Source: an uncultured Phycisphaerales bacterium
Lineage (GTDB): Bacteria; Planctomycetota; Phycisphaerae; Sedimentisphaerales; Anaerobacaceae
Direction of reading: 5' to 3'
NCBI GenBank assembly: GCA_963718665.1
Contig: OY970359.1
Location: forward strand, 512,001-576,000
Length of the DNA stretch: 64,000 nucleotides
The translations under genes were made by a program, and so were the position numbers. This document shows positions 31,299 to 41,100 of the stretch, one piece after another (the first letter of the stretch is position 1; the number at the start of each line of letters is the position of its first letter). The notes below the pieces were generated by a model. The model ran no database searches and was not told the origin of the DNA. It was given only the letters and a program-made list of their open reading frames with translations.

Positions 31299-31592
31299 TT
31301 ATTGTCTTATTATTTCACCGAACAAATCTGCCCATTCCGGATTTCGTTTTTCGATCAGTTGTATTTTCCATTCGCGCCGCCATCTTTTCACCTGTTTTTC
31401 TCTCCATACCGCTTCTTCCATACTCCTGTGCTTTTCAAAATATACGAGTTTCTTAACGTCATATTTCGCTGCGAACTGATTCGCTCGCTTATCTTTGTGT
31501 CTAACCATTCTTTTTTTCAAATCCTTCGTCATCCCGGCGTACAGCGTTCCGTTACGCGCGCTTGCCAGTATATACACATAGTATTCTTGCAT
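31299..31592 (-). CDS. Stand-alone GIY-YIG nuclease
   Basis: YYVYILASARNGTLYAG, LVYFE, REKQVKRWRREWKIQLIEKRNPEWADL. Confidence 0.88.
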   Translation of the reverse strand: MQEYYVYILASARNGTLYAGMTKDLKKRMVRHKDKRANQFAAKYDVKKLVYFEKHRSMEEAVWREKQVKRWRREWKIQLIEKRNPEWADLFGEIIRQ

Positions 31593-31938
31593 AATGGCCA
31601 TTATACACATTTTCCCCCCATCCCAAAAATCCTTGTCTTCTTTACCAGTTTGACGTGCCCCGCCAGACCGCTTTTGCTAAACCACGATGAGCGAACCAAG
31701 GGCGAGAGAGTTAGTCCCTCCTGTCTCGAAATAAAGTAATGTTAATATAGATAAAAAAGTTGGTGTCAGGTTCTGTCAGTCCTTGTAAAATAGGTAAAGT
31801 TCTGGTAAACTACATTATGGAGTAGGGTGCAGTATTTGAAGCTTTTTGGAAGGCCACCGGGCCGGCTTTAGGGTGTGGGGTCGGTTCCGGCGCCTTCTTT
31901 CAAAGAAAAATAGCTGGCCGGTTTATCTCCTGCAAAAT

Positions 31939-32538
31939 TCAATTCTGCTTTATCAGGTAGTCCATAACAGTATTAATTATCCTCTCAAACTGGTCCCGGT
32001 CGAAACTGTCGGCCACGGAATCCATACGCCGCCGGATTTCACCTTCTAAGACAATTGTTCCTCTGGGCTGGAATCTTTCCAGATTTTCTAAAAACAATCT
32101 TTGGGCTTTACCGATTATCCCCATCGTCTCTTCGATTGATTTATTCATTATCGCTGCAATCTCATCCAAATCGAGCTTTTCAATGTAATAAAGCGCCATA
32201 GCAATAGATTCCTCCAAATCCAGTCCGGCAAGCGCCTTCGCCGCACAAAGGGCATCTTCACGTTCGAATAATAGCCGACCGTTAAGCGTATTGCCTTTTC
32301 CCAAATCCTCTCCTATCGTCTCCGTCATACAGCCGATGATAATCGATATCCCGGCTTTTGTTTCCTGCATTCGGGCCAGATAGGAAGATACGAGGGAATA
32401 AACGGCTATGGTCTCGGCCAACCGTTTGCTGTTGGTGTATTTGACGCATCTTACAATGACAAATGGTAAAAGTACGCGGATTAGCTCTCTGTAAGTTGAA
32501 AGATTTACCTTTGGCGTTAAATTGCTTACTCGCTCCAT
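31939..32538 (-). CDS. Degenerate ECF sigma-70-like protein
   Basis: Region-4-like ALAGLDLEESIAMALYYIEKLDLDEIAAIMNKS and a weak region-2-like N-terminus; strong RBS AGGAGAGG. Confidence 0.55.
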   Translation of the reverse strand: MERVSNLTPKVNLSTYRELIRVLLPFVIVRCVKYTNSKRLAETIAVYSLVSSYLARMQETKAGISIIIGCMTETIGEDLGKGNTLNGRLLFEREDALCAAKALAGLDLEESIAMALYYIEKLDLDEIAAIMNKSIEETMGIIGKAQRLFLENLERFQPRGTIVLEGEIRRRMDSVADSFDRDQFERIINTVMDYLIKQN

Positions 32539-32589
32539 AACAATCCTCTCCTAACCACGGATTACTCAGATTAATACGGATTATCACGG

Positions 32590-32945
32590 ACCCTTTTCCC
32601 CGCGAACGTAGCCTTGCGAAGCCCCCACGTCTACTTTTCAAAGAAAAGTGTGGGGGGCGGAAAAAATAAAGGGCACCGCCGCAATCACGCTCAGCGCAGG
32701 CCCGTCAGAGCCCTTGAAGAACGTGAAGGACGATGCCCTTTTGGCAACGCAGGTGCAGTCGCACCGCTGCTTAATAAGCAGCGGTGCTCTCTGTGTAGAA
32801 ACAAAGAGCACCGAGCCTTCCAAACGCTTCTTCATTACGCATAAACTGACGGTTCGCGCTGAAACGCCTGAAATCTCAGTGTTCAATTACTATGGCGGTT
32901 ATCTCTCCGCCGTGGGTATTTTACCTCTATGGTTTTGTCCGACAA
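32590..32945 (-). promoter_or_regulatory. Candidate promoter plus long structured leader/attenuator
   Basis: TTGTCG-N16-TAAAAT (32945-32918); several stems; terminator-like stem 32741-32668 followed by ATTTTTT. Confidence 0.5.
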
Positions 32946-33239
32946 GGGAAAATTAGGAAAAACTCAACTAAATATGCCAGTTTGAAAAGCCAGAAGCTTG
33001 ACGCTGATTTACGCCAGTTTGTAAGCGATTTGCTCGTCTTAGGATGTCTTTGACAGTCAGAACTATTGCCCTTCTGAAAAAAGCTGTTTTCTTTCCCCGT
33101 TTAACGATATACTGCCACCTTAGGGCCGGGAGCATAGAATCACATCTCTGTCCATCAACATTGCCGTCCGGCAGATGCCTTTAACCCGTTTTATAGAGAC
33201 TGTATAATCATTGTTATACTTAAGGAGTATGTGTCCGCA

Positions 33240-34427
33240 ATGAAGATCATAACTACTAACGAAGGGCTGAAAAAGAACCTTTCCAGGCTTATTGAAAATT
33301 ACACTAACATTGCGTTTGCAGTAGCGTGGGCATCTGCTAAGACGGAGATATTTCAAGAGCTAAGCGAGAAGCGGTCTCGAATACGTAAAGCAGTCATAGG
33401 CACTCATTTTTATCAAACACACCCCGATGTGTTAGATACTTTTGTTGGATCAGAGGAAGTTCGCTCCATATATCAACCGAATGGTGTTTTTCATCCTAAG
33501 GTCTATATTTTTTGGGATCAAAAGCACTGGGAAATATTAATTGGAAGCGCGAACTTGACTTATTTCGCATTGTATCGGAATTCTGAAGTAATGGTCTTGA
33601 TCTCTGATGCTGATGAAGGCAACTCAACGCTGAAGGAGCAAATCCTCGAACTAATCGAGAACTACTGGAAAGATGCGAGTATTATCACTAAACCTTCGGT
33701 AATTTCATATCGCGCACGCTGGTCGAGGCAGCAACGTTCTTTGCAGCGTTTATCTGGCCAATATGGAAAAAGCACAGCGAAAAAACCTCCTATGGATTCA
33801 TTGGTAGTGTCGATGTCATGGGAACAGTTTCTCGCTTCCGTTAAAAATGATCCTCATCACGAATTTGAAAATCGTCGTAAGCTACTCAAATTAGCCAGAT
33901 CAGCTTTTGATAAGTATGGTCGGTTCGACTTAATGGAAATTGGCTTAAGAAAAACAATCGCCGGACTACCAAACAACTTCGAACCATACTGGGGGTTCTT
34001 CGGAAGTATGAATGGAGCAGGCTACTACCATCGAGCAGTTAATGAAAATAATCGCCACCTCTCACAGGCGCTAGATAAAATCTCATTGACAAATGTCCCC
34101 GTAACACGAGAGCATTACACAGAATATTTGGCTGAGTTTATCAAGGCATTTCCAAACGGCGGGGATGGCGTTGCTGTTGCCAGTCGTCTGCTGGCACTAA
34201 AACGGCCCGACCAATTCGTTTGCATTGATTCAAAGAACAAAAGGGAGCTTTGCAGAAACTTTGGAATAAAACAGATAGGCAAGGATTATGATCGCTACTG
34301 GGAAGAAATCATAGAGCAAATTATGGATTCTGTCTGGTGGAACGAACCCCGACCAAATAACGACATAGACAGTACAGTTTGGGATGGCAGAGCAGCAATG
34401 TTAGATTCCATCTTTTATCGCCCGTAA
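33240..34427 (+). CDS. PLD (HKD)-domain nuclease, NgoFVII restriction-endonuclease-like
   Basis: FHPKVYIF...IGSANLT...NSE PLD signature; AT-richer than flanks; RBS AAGGAG lies just before alternative GTG start 33231. Confidence 0.75.
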   Translation: MKIITTNEGLKKNLSRLIENYTNIAFAVAWASAKTEIFQELSEKRSRIRKAVIGTHFYQTHPDVLDTFVGSEEVRSIYQPNGVFHPKVYIFWDQKHWEILIGSANLTYFALYRNSEVMVLISDADEGNSTLKEQILELIENYWKDASIITKPSVISYRARWSRQQRSLQRLSGQYGKSTAKKPPMDSLVVSMSWEQFLASVKNDPHHEFENRRKLLKLARSAFDKYGRFDLMEIGLRKTIAGLPNNFEPYWGFFGSMNGAGYYHRAVNENNRHLSQALDKISLTNVPVTREHYTEYLAEFIKAFPNGGDGVAVASRLLALKRPDQFVCIDSKNKRELCRNFGIKQIGKDYDRYWEEIIEQIMDSVWWNEPRPNNDIDSTVWDGRAAMLDSIFYRP

Positions 34428-34745
34428 CTTCATATCTAACGGCAACTCTCTCAAACTAAATCTGTATCAATGCTGGCATACCAGAGCATTCTGGCGAGTC
34501 AAATGTTTTTCCTAAATTCTTCTTTCCACCGTGTAATGCCCGTTAATAAAATACTAACTATGAACAACGAGTATCCAGCATCGAGCATCGAGTATCCCAT
34601 TCGTGCCGCTTCGCAGTATTGACTTCCTGACCAAAAACCCATAAGCTATTGCATTCGATTGAGTATGTAACGAACTCGCAGGGCACACAGTTATAATGTT
34701 TTTCTCTGCGGTCTCAGCGTGCTCCGCGGTGAAAGAGGTTTGTGA

Positions 34746-35936
34746 ATGAGCACTAAATACGCGATAATAATACCTGATGGCGCGGCGGATAACCCGATAG
34801 AGCAGTTCGGCAACAAAACGCCCTTGGAAGCGGCTAATACCCCGAATATGGACAAAATCGGCCAGACCGGCCGGCTCGGCGCCGTCCGCACCGTCCCCGA
34901 AGGTATGGAACCGGGCAGCGACGTCGCACAGATGTCGCTATTGGGCTATGACCCGAAAAAATACTACACCGGAAGAGCGCCGATTGAAGCAGTCGCAAGA
35001 AACGTCCACTTATCACCCGATGACTGGGTCTTCAGGTGCAACCTCGTTACTTTCGCAGACGGCAAAATGGCTGACCACAGCGCAGGCCATATATCCACCG
35101 AAGAAGGAACTCGCCTCATCGAAGAGCTTAATGAGCAGCTCTCAAATGATAATATCCGTTTCTACACCGGCGTAAGTTACCGTCACCTGCTCGTCCTCAA
35201 AAATACCGATGTCAACGTCAAGACCTGCCCGCCCCACGATTTCATAGGTACCCCCGTCGAAAAAATCCTCCCAAGGGGCAAGGGTTCAGAATTACTTATC
35301 GACCTGATGATGCGCTCGCAGCAGTTCTTCCACAACCACGATATCAACAAGGTCCGGGCGGACTTAGGCGAAAACCAGGTCAGCTCAATCTGGCTCTGGG
35401 GTCAGGGCAAAAAAGCAAAACTCGAAAGTTTCGAAAAACGCTTCGGCTTAAAAGGCGCAGGCATCACCGCTGTTGACCTCTTCAGGGGACTTGCGAAACT
35501 CATCGACTTCGACCTCATCGAAGTCCCCGGCGCAACCGGCTTTATCGATACCAACTTTGAAGGCAAAGGAGCGGCAGCGATTAAGGCCCTCAAGAATTAT
35601 GATATCGTCATCGTTCATGTCGAGGCCCCCGATGAGGCAGGCCACTCGGGTAATCCCGAAGCCAAGAAAAAGGCAATCGAACAGATTGATAAATACATAG
35701 TAGGCCCGATTTACGAGGCGATTAAAAAATACCCCTCTTGGCGGATTATGGTCCTGCCGGACCACCCAACACCCGTAAAAACCGGCGCCCATTGCGGCGA
35801 CCCCGTCCCGTTCGCTATGGCAGGCGACAACGTTTCGGGCGCTTTTCAGGCCGCCTTCACCGAATCAAACGCCGCAAAATCCGGCTTGCGTATTGACAAG
35901 GGGTATCAACTTATGGAATACTTCTTAAAAAGCTGA
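34746..35936 (+). CDS. apgM: Cofactor-independent phosphoglycerate mutase family protein (ApgM / proposed homoserine kinase)
   Basis: DGAAD, TPLEAANTPNMD, PGSDVA, HVEAPDEAGH, PDHPTP. Confidence 0.88.
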   Translation: MSTKYAIIIPDGAADNPIEQFGNKTPLEAANTPNMDKIGQTGRLGAVRTVPEGMEPGSDVAQMSLLGYDPKKYYTGRAPIEAVARNVHLSPDDWVFRCNLVTFADGKMADHSAGHISTEEGTRLIEELNEQLSNDNIRFYTGVSYRHLLVLKNTDVNVKTCPPHDFIGTPVEKILPRGKGSELLIDLMMRSQQFFHNHDINKVRADLGENQVSSIWLWGQGKKAKLESFEKRFGLKGAGITAVDLFRGLAKLIDFDLIEVPGATGFIDTNFEGKGAAAIKALKNYDIVIVHVEAPDEAGHSGNPEAKKKAIEQIDKYIVGPIYEAIKKYPSWRIMVLPDHPTPVKTGAHCGDPVPFAMAGDNVSGAFQAAFTESNAAKSGLRIDKGYQLMEYFLKS

Positions 35937-35996
35937 TTGGACCGGCTTTTTGAACAGAAACAAGGATTATTTTAAGACAGTTTTAACGGAGTAGCT

Positions 35997-37238
35997 ATGC
36001 CTATACTTGTTCAAAAGTTTGGCGGGACTTCGGTAGCAAACGCCGAGAAAATCCGTCGGGCCGCACAGAAGGCAATAGACGCGACCAAAAAGGGTTACCA
36101 GGTTGTTGTCGTCGCTTCAGCTCGCGGCCACCAGACAGACCATCTCGTGGCGGACGCAATGGAGCTTAACCCGAACCCGCCCAAACGCGAAATGGACCAG
36201 TTGCTCAGCACAGGCGAACAGCAGACGGTATCACTCTTCGCGATGGCGCTGGATGCGATGGGGCAAAAAGCAATCAGCTTTACGGGCTTCCAGGTCGGAA
36301 TGCTCACCGACAGCACGCATACAAAGGCCCGTATAAAGAGCATCGACGCCAAGCGAATCCACAAGGAGCTTAAAGACGGCAAAATCGTAATCGTCGCCGG
36401 CTTCCAAGGCATCGACGAAAACGACAATATCACAACCCTTGGCAGAGGTGGCTCAGATACTACCGCGGTCGCCATCGCCGCCGCTGTGGGCGCAGAGGTC
36501 TGCGAAATTTTCACCGACGTTAACGGCATATACACAACGGACCCGCGCATTTACACAAAAGCCGCGAAAATGAAGGAAATCAGCTACGACGAGATGCTCG
36601 AACTCGCCAGTTTGGGCGCAGGCGTTATGCACAGTCGCAGCATAGAATTCGGTAAAAAATACAACGTAAAAATTCACGTCAGGTCCAGCAGCGAAGACGT
36701 TGAAGGAACATACATTATTGGAGAGGCGGAACAAATGGAAGGAATAGTTGTTTCGGGAGCGACGATACAAAAAGACATGGCGAAAATAACTTTGGTGGGC
36801 ATCGACAATAAGCCGGGCAACGCCGCCAGGGTATTTCACAAGATGGCCCAGGCCAAAGTGGTCGTCAACGACATTATGCAGACCGAAATCAGCTCCGACA
36901 AGGCCAATCTGGCCTTCACGATAGGCACGTCGGACCTGCACTCGGCCAAAGAGGCAATCGCCGGCATAAAGAGCGAGGTAAAGTGTGACAATGTTTTCTT
37001 CCGTGAGGATATCGCGGAGGTCTCGGTTGTGGGCGTCGGGATGAGAAACCACTATGGCATCGCTGAAAAGATGTTCAGCGCATTAGCCAAAGCCAGGGTC
37101 AATATCGACTCGATTACCACAAGCGAAATACGCATAAGCTGCGTCGTCGATAAAAACCAGGCGGAAAAGGCCCTGATAGCAGTTTGCGACGCATTCGATT
37201 TGGATAAGCCAGCAGAAAAAAGAGCCAAAAAGAAATAA
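35997..37238 (+). CDS. lysC: Aspartate kinase
   Basis: VQKFGGTS, TLGRGGSDTTA, two ACT domains. Confidence 0.96.
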   Translation: MPILVQKFGGTSVANAEKIRRAAQKAIDATKKGYQVVVVASARGHQTDHLVADAMELNPNPPKREMDQLLSTGEQQTVSLFAMALDAMGQKAISFTGFQVGMLTDSTHTKARIKSIDAKRIHKELKDGKIVIVAGFQGIDENDNITTLGRGGSDTTAVAIAAAVGAEVCEIFTDVNGIYTTDPRIYTKAAKMKEISYDEMLELASLGAGVMHSRSIEFGKKYNVKIHVRSSSEDVEGTYIIGEAEQMEGIVVSGATIQKDMAKITLVGIDNKPGNAARVFHKMAQAKVVVNDIMQTEISSDKANLAFTIGTSDLHSAKEAIAGIKSEVKCDNVFFREDIAEVSVVGVGMRNHYGIAEKMFSALAKARVNIDSITTSEIRISCVVDKNQAEKALIAVCDAFDLDKPAEKRAKKK

Positions 37239-37294
37239 GCATTAACCCCCCAATAAATTGAGGGGCTAAACACCTGGATTCCCCCTAAGGGGGA

Positions 37295-37951
37295 ATGACA
37301 ACTGCTATGGCGCGATATGCGATGAGCAGACGCATGCGTAATGCCGTTGCCATCATTATTACGCTGACGGCGGCGACATTATGTTTTCTCGACCGTAGTT
37401 ACATCAGCCGGTCATTAACCAAACCCCTGCAATCGAGCCATCAGCAGGATTCCGGAGACGTTTCAAAATATCACGGCAGGCAATTTGCCGTCGTAAAAGT
37501 CGTCGATGGCGATACCCTCGATATCGATATCCCCGATTTATCCGCCGACGGCGGACGCAAATACAGCCATACCAGAATCCGCCTTTGGGGAATCGATACG
37601 CCTGAAACCAAAGACCCAAGAACAGGGCCAATGTATTTCGGCAAAGAGGCATCGGACTTCGCAACCAAACTCGCCCTCGGCAAACAGGTAACTGTTTACT
37701 TGGAAAAAGAGAAGAACAGCAGGGACAAATATCATCAGCTTCTCGCCTATATCCAACTGCCCGACGGGACTTTCCTGAATGAGATTTTATTAAGCGAGGG
37801 TTACGCCTACGCGGATTTGCGATTCAAACACGGCTTATATAATAAATACAAGCAGTTGGAATCCGTCGCCCGAAGCCGCAAGATTGGCCTCTGGGCAAAT
37901 GTAACCCCCGAACAAATGCCTAAATGGCGGCAACAGAAAATCAAAAATTAA
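37295..37951 (+). CDS. Membrane-anchored thermonuclease (SNase) family protein
   Basis: VVDGDT, RIRLWGIDTPE, DKYHQLLAY, GLW; true start may be 37307. Confidence 0.9.
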   Translation: MTTAMARYAMSRRMRNAVAIIITLTAATLCFLDRSYISRSLTKPLQSSHQQDSGDVSKYHGRQFAVVKVVDGDTLDIDIPDLSADGGRKYSHTRIRLWGIDTPETKDPRTGPMYFGKEASDFATKLALGKQVTVYLEKEKNSRDKYHQLLAYIQLPDGTFLNEILLSEGYAYADLRFKHGLYNKYKQLESVARSRKIGLWANVTPEQMPKWRQQKIKN

Positions 37952-38192
37952 AATGCAAAAGGCAAAATTGCGGTATCCCTATGGGATGATATTCTAACCA
38001 CAGGCAAGCTCCCCCGATAAAGACATTCGAGGGCAGGCAGGGCAGGCCGCTGAGGTAAATAATTAACACCGATTTATTTTAGACGCTGATTAACACGGAT
38101 GGAAACGGATTTACACGGTTTTTTCGCCGCGTCTTGAGTCGGAGCTAAGCTTATTAATTCAAACGACTAACCTTCCGATAAATATTCCCATC

Positions 38193-41100
38193 CTACGGTG
38201 GCCCCCACATCGTAGGATCGTTTATCCGTCGTATTTCTCTAAATACATCTATAGGATCTAGGGGTGTTATAGGGATTGAAAGCTGCAAGCGATCCAAATC
38301 ATTTTCCGATATACTATCTTGGGGACCGACCGAATCCGCCTTCACCAGTGGCTGATCACGAAACGTTAGCAACTCGTTGTATTGGTCAATATCCTTTTGA
38401 CTGGTATAAACAGCACTAGGGTATACGTATGATAAAGCTTGTAAGATGCTTTCTGTCATTCGTTCCATTCTGCTGTAGGCACCATTGGTGAGAGAGTCCC
38501 AGTAAATTCTGTCTATTTCTTCCTGTTCTCTTTCTCTTACCAACCAATCAGATATCCAGTCTCCGACAGTACATAAACCTAATGGGTCGATTTCATTAAC
38601 CGGATTATTCAGGCAATAAAGATACAAATTTGGTCCATCGGACATACCGGTGGGGTCCTGGGTAATGAAACGGCCAACTTCGGGGTCATAGTATCTTGCA
38701 CCGAAGTAAACCAATCCTGACGCGTCGAGCTCTTTGGTTAAGAATTGGTGCGAATTATCGGCCGAGCCGGTTTGAGCAACAATATTTCCAAAGGCATCGT
38801 AGCTATAACTTTGTGCAATTGCGCCGGAGGAGTCAGTCAAGTTTACCACGCTTCCCAAGCCATCGTAATGGTAATACTGCGAAGCGGACTGCTCACTAAT
38901 AATCCCGCCGATTCCGCCCGCCGCATAGGGATTGCGCAGGTAACTGGCGGTAGTTGTGCCGGCTGCATTGCGCTCCAAAATCACGTTAAGACCCTCGTAA
39001 AGATAATTTGTGGTTGATGAACCACTTTCAACTGAGATTCTTTTCCCTTCGCCGTCGTATCCGTAAGTTTCGCTGACGTCGGTAGAAGTAAATTGAACAA
39101 GATGATTTCTTGAGTCATAAGTTAAATTTGCGGTCTCGTCTCCCTGCTGCTTCTCAACCAGGTTGCCGTTTTTATCGTAAGTATAGATTATTTGTTCTTC
39201 GCCGGTAATCTGCTCATCAGTAAGCTGGTTTAAGGCGTTATACGAATAATTATGCGTGATTCCATCTTTAATCATCTGTGTGCGGTTACCTGCAGGGTCA
39301 TAAGCATAGCTAATCTGATAAGAATCAGCCGCAGAAGTTTTGCGCTCCTCAGTTAATTCTCCCTTGGCATCATAAGTATAATCAATTTCCCCATCCAGCG
39401 TTGTAACACTGGTTCGCAGACCTCTTATGTCATAGATATAGCTAAATTCAGCGAGTTTCGTAAAAGGTCTTTTTGCCTGCTGTTGAGTAAGTTTAGTCAG
39501 GCGGTTCATACTATCATAGGTATAAACTGCGTTTATCTTGTTTGGATAAGCCAATTTCACCAAATTGCCCAGCTTGTCATAAGTGTAGCTGGTGACTTTT
39601 TTCTGGGAGTCGGTGAGAGAAATTAAGCGGTTTAAGGCATCATATTTGTATTTAGTGATTTTTCCGTCGGGGTCAGTCAAGGTCAGGCGGTTGCCAGCTT
39701 TATCATAGGCATAGCTTACATTATCATTTGCTGCCGGGCCATCAACTTTAATCAGCCGTCCGAGTTTATCATAAGCATAACCGGTGGTCCCTTGCGCATC
39801 AGTCATTGAGATTCGCCTGCCCAGGGAGTCGTAAGCATAACTAACCTCTGAATCAGGATAAATAATTTCAATCAGGCGATTAAGGTTGTCGTATTGATAA
39901 GTGGTAGTTTGTCCTTTGGCATCAACTGAAGCAATACGGTTTCCTGCGGCATCATACTGGTATTGCACTTCATTACCCAAAGCGTCGGTTCGCGAGATTA
40001 AACGATTGAGGCTGTCGTATTCATAAGAAGTCCGGTTATTATTCTGGTCAGTTACAGAAATTAAATTCCCTTCTGTATCGTAAGCATAGTTAATCACATG
40101 GCCTGAAGCATCAGTTGTGGAAGTTACTCGATGGTCCTGGTCATAAGTATAGTAAGTGGTGTTGGCATTAGCATCAGTTACGGAAATTCGATTACCTGCT
40201 TCATCATAGGCATAGCTTACTGAAGACCCATCGGGATAGGTGACTTGGGTAAGCTTATTCAGCTCATCGTAATCAAAATTTGTAATATTATTTTTTGCGT
40301 CTTTGACTTGCGTCAAGTTTCCTACACCGTCGTAAGTAAAAAGTGTAATTCCTTTTGCAGCATCACTCTTGAGGGATAGGTTGCCTTGAGAATCATAGCC
40401 AAAAAGAGTTTTCTTGCCTAATTGGTTGGTTGCACTTATTGGCTGGCCGTAAATATTGTATTTATAGGAAACTGAACCGGCGAGAGCATCTACAGTTTTG
40501 GTAAGATTACCATACTTATCATAGGTATTAGTGGTAATATTGCCCTGCGCATCAGTAAAGGTTTGCAATAAGTTAAAGTTTGCCTCGTAATTAAATGAAG
40601 TAAGATTACCCTTGGGGTCGGTAACCCCGGTCAAATTGCCTTTCGCATCGTATTCCATGCTGGTTGTGCGGCCCAATTCATCGGTACGGGAGGTAAGATT
40701 TAAGTTACTATCCCATGTTGAGAGGATTTGGCCGCCTTGAGGATTGACTACTTTGGTGATTAGATAATCACTGTTATAGTAATGCACTGTCTGGTTGCCT
40801 CTGGAATCGGTAATTGTGGTCACGCTGTCAGCAGTATCAAAACTTAAGCTTGTGTAATTATTGTTGCCCTCGCCCGTAGAAGATGTGCAGCGGCCTGAGT
40901 TGTCAAAAGTAAAATATACCGAATCTCCCCTTGGATTGGTCTTCCTGGTGAGTTTGTGATTTGAGTCGTACTGATAAGTGGTTGAATTGCCCTTGGGGTC
41001 GATAACGCTGGCTAAGTTGCCGGAAGAATCGTATGTATAATCATAATTTCTTCCTACCGGGTCGGTTATCTGGGTTAGCTGGTTTGAATCGTTATAGCTT

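Noticed and set aside
32638..32956. ORFs of 82 and 102 aa in the structured leader
   Set aside because: No recognisable motifs or good RBS; the region is better explained by base pairing.
34434..34560. Integron attC site after the PLD nuclease gene (ATCTAAC fits RYYYAAC)
   Set aside because: No matching GTTRRRY or L-box pairing found downstream, and no intI in the window.
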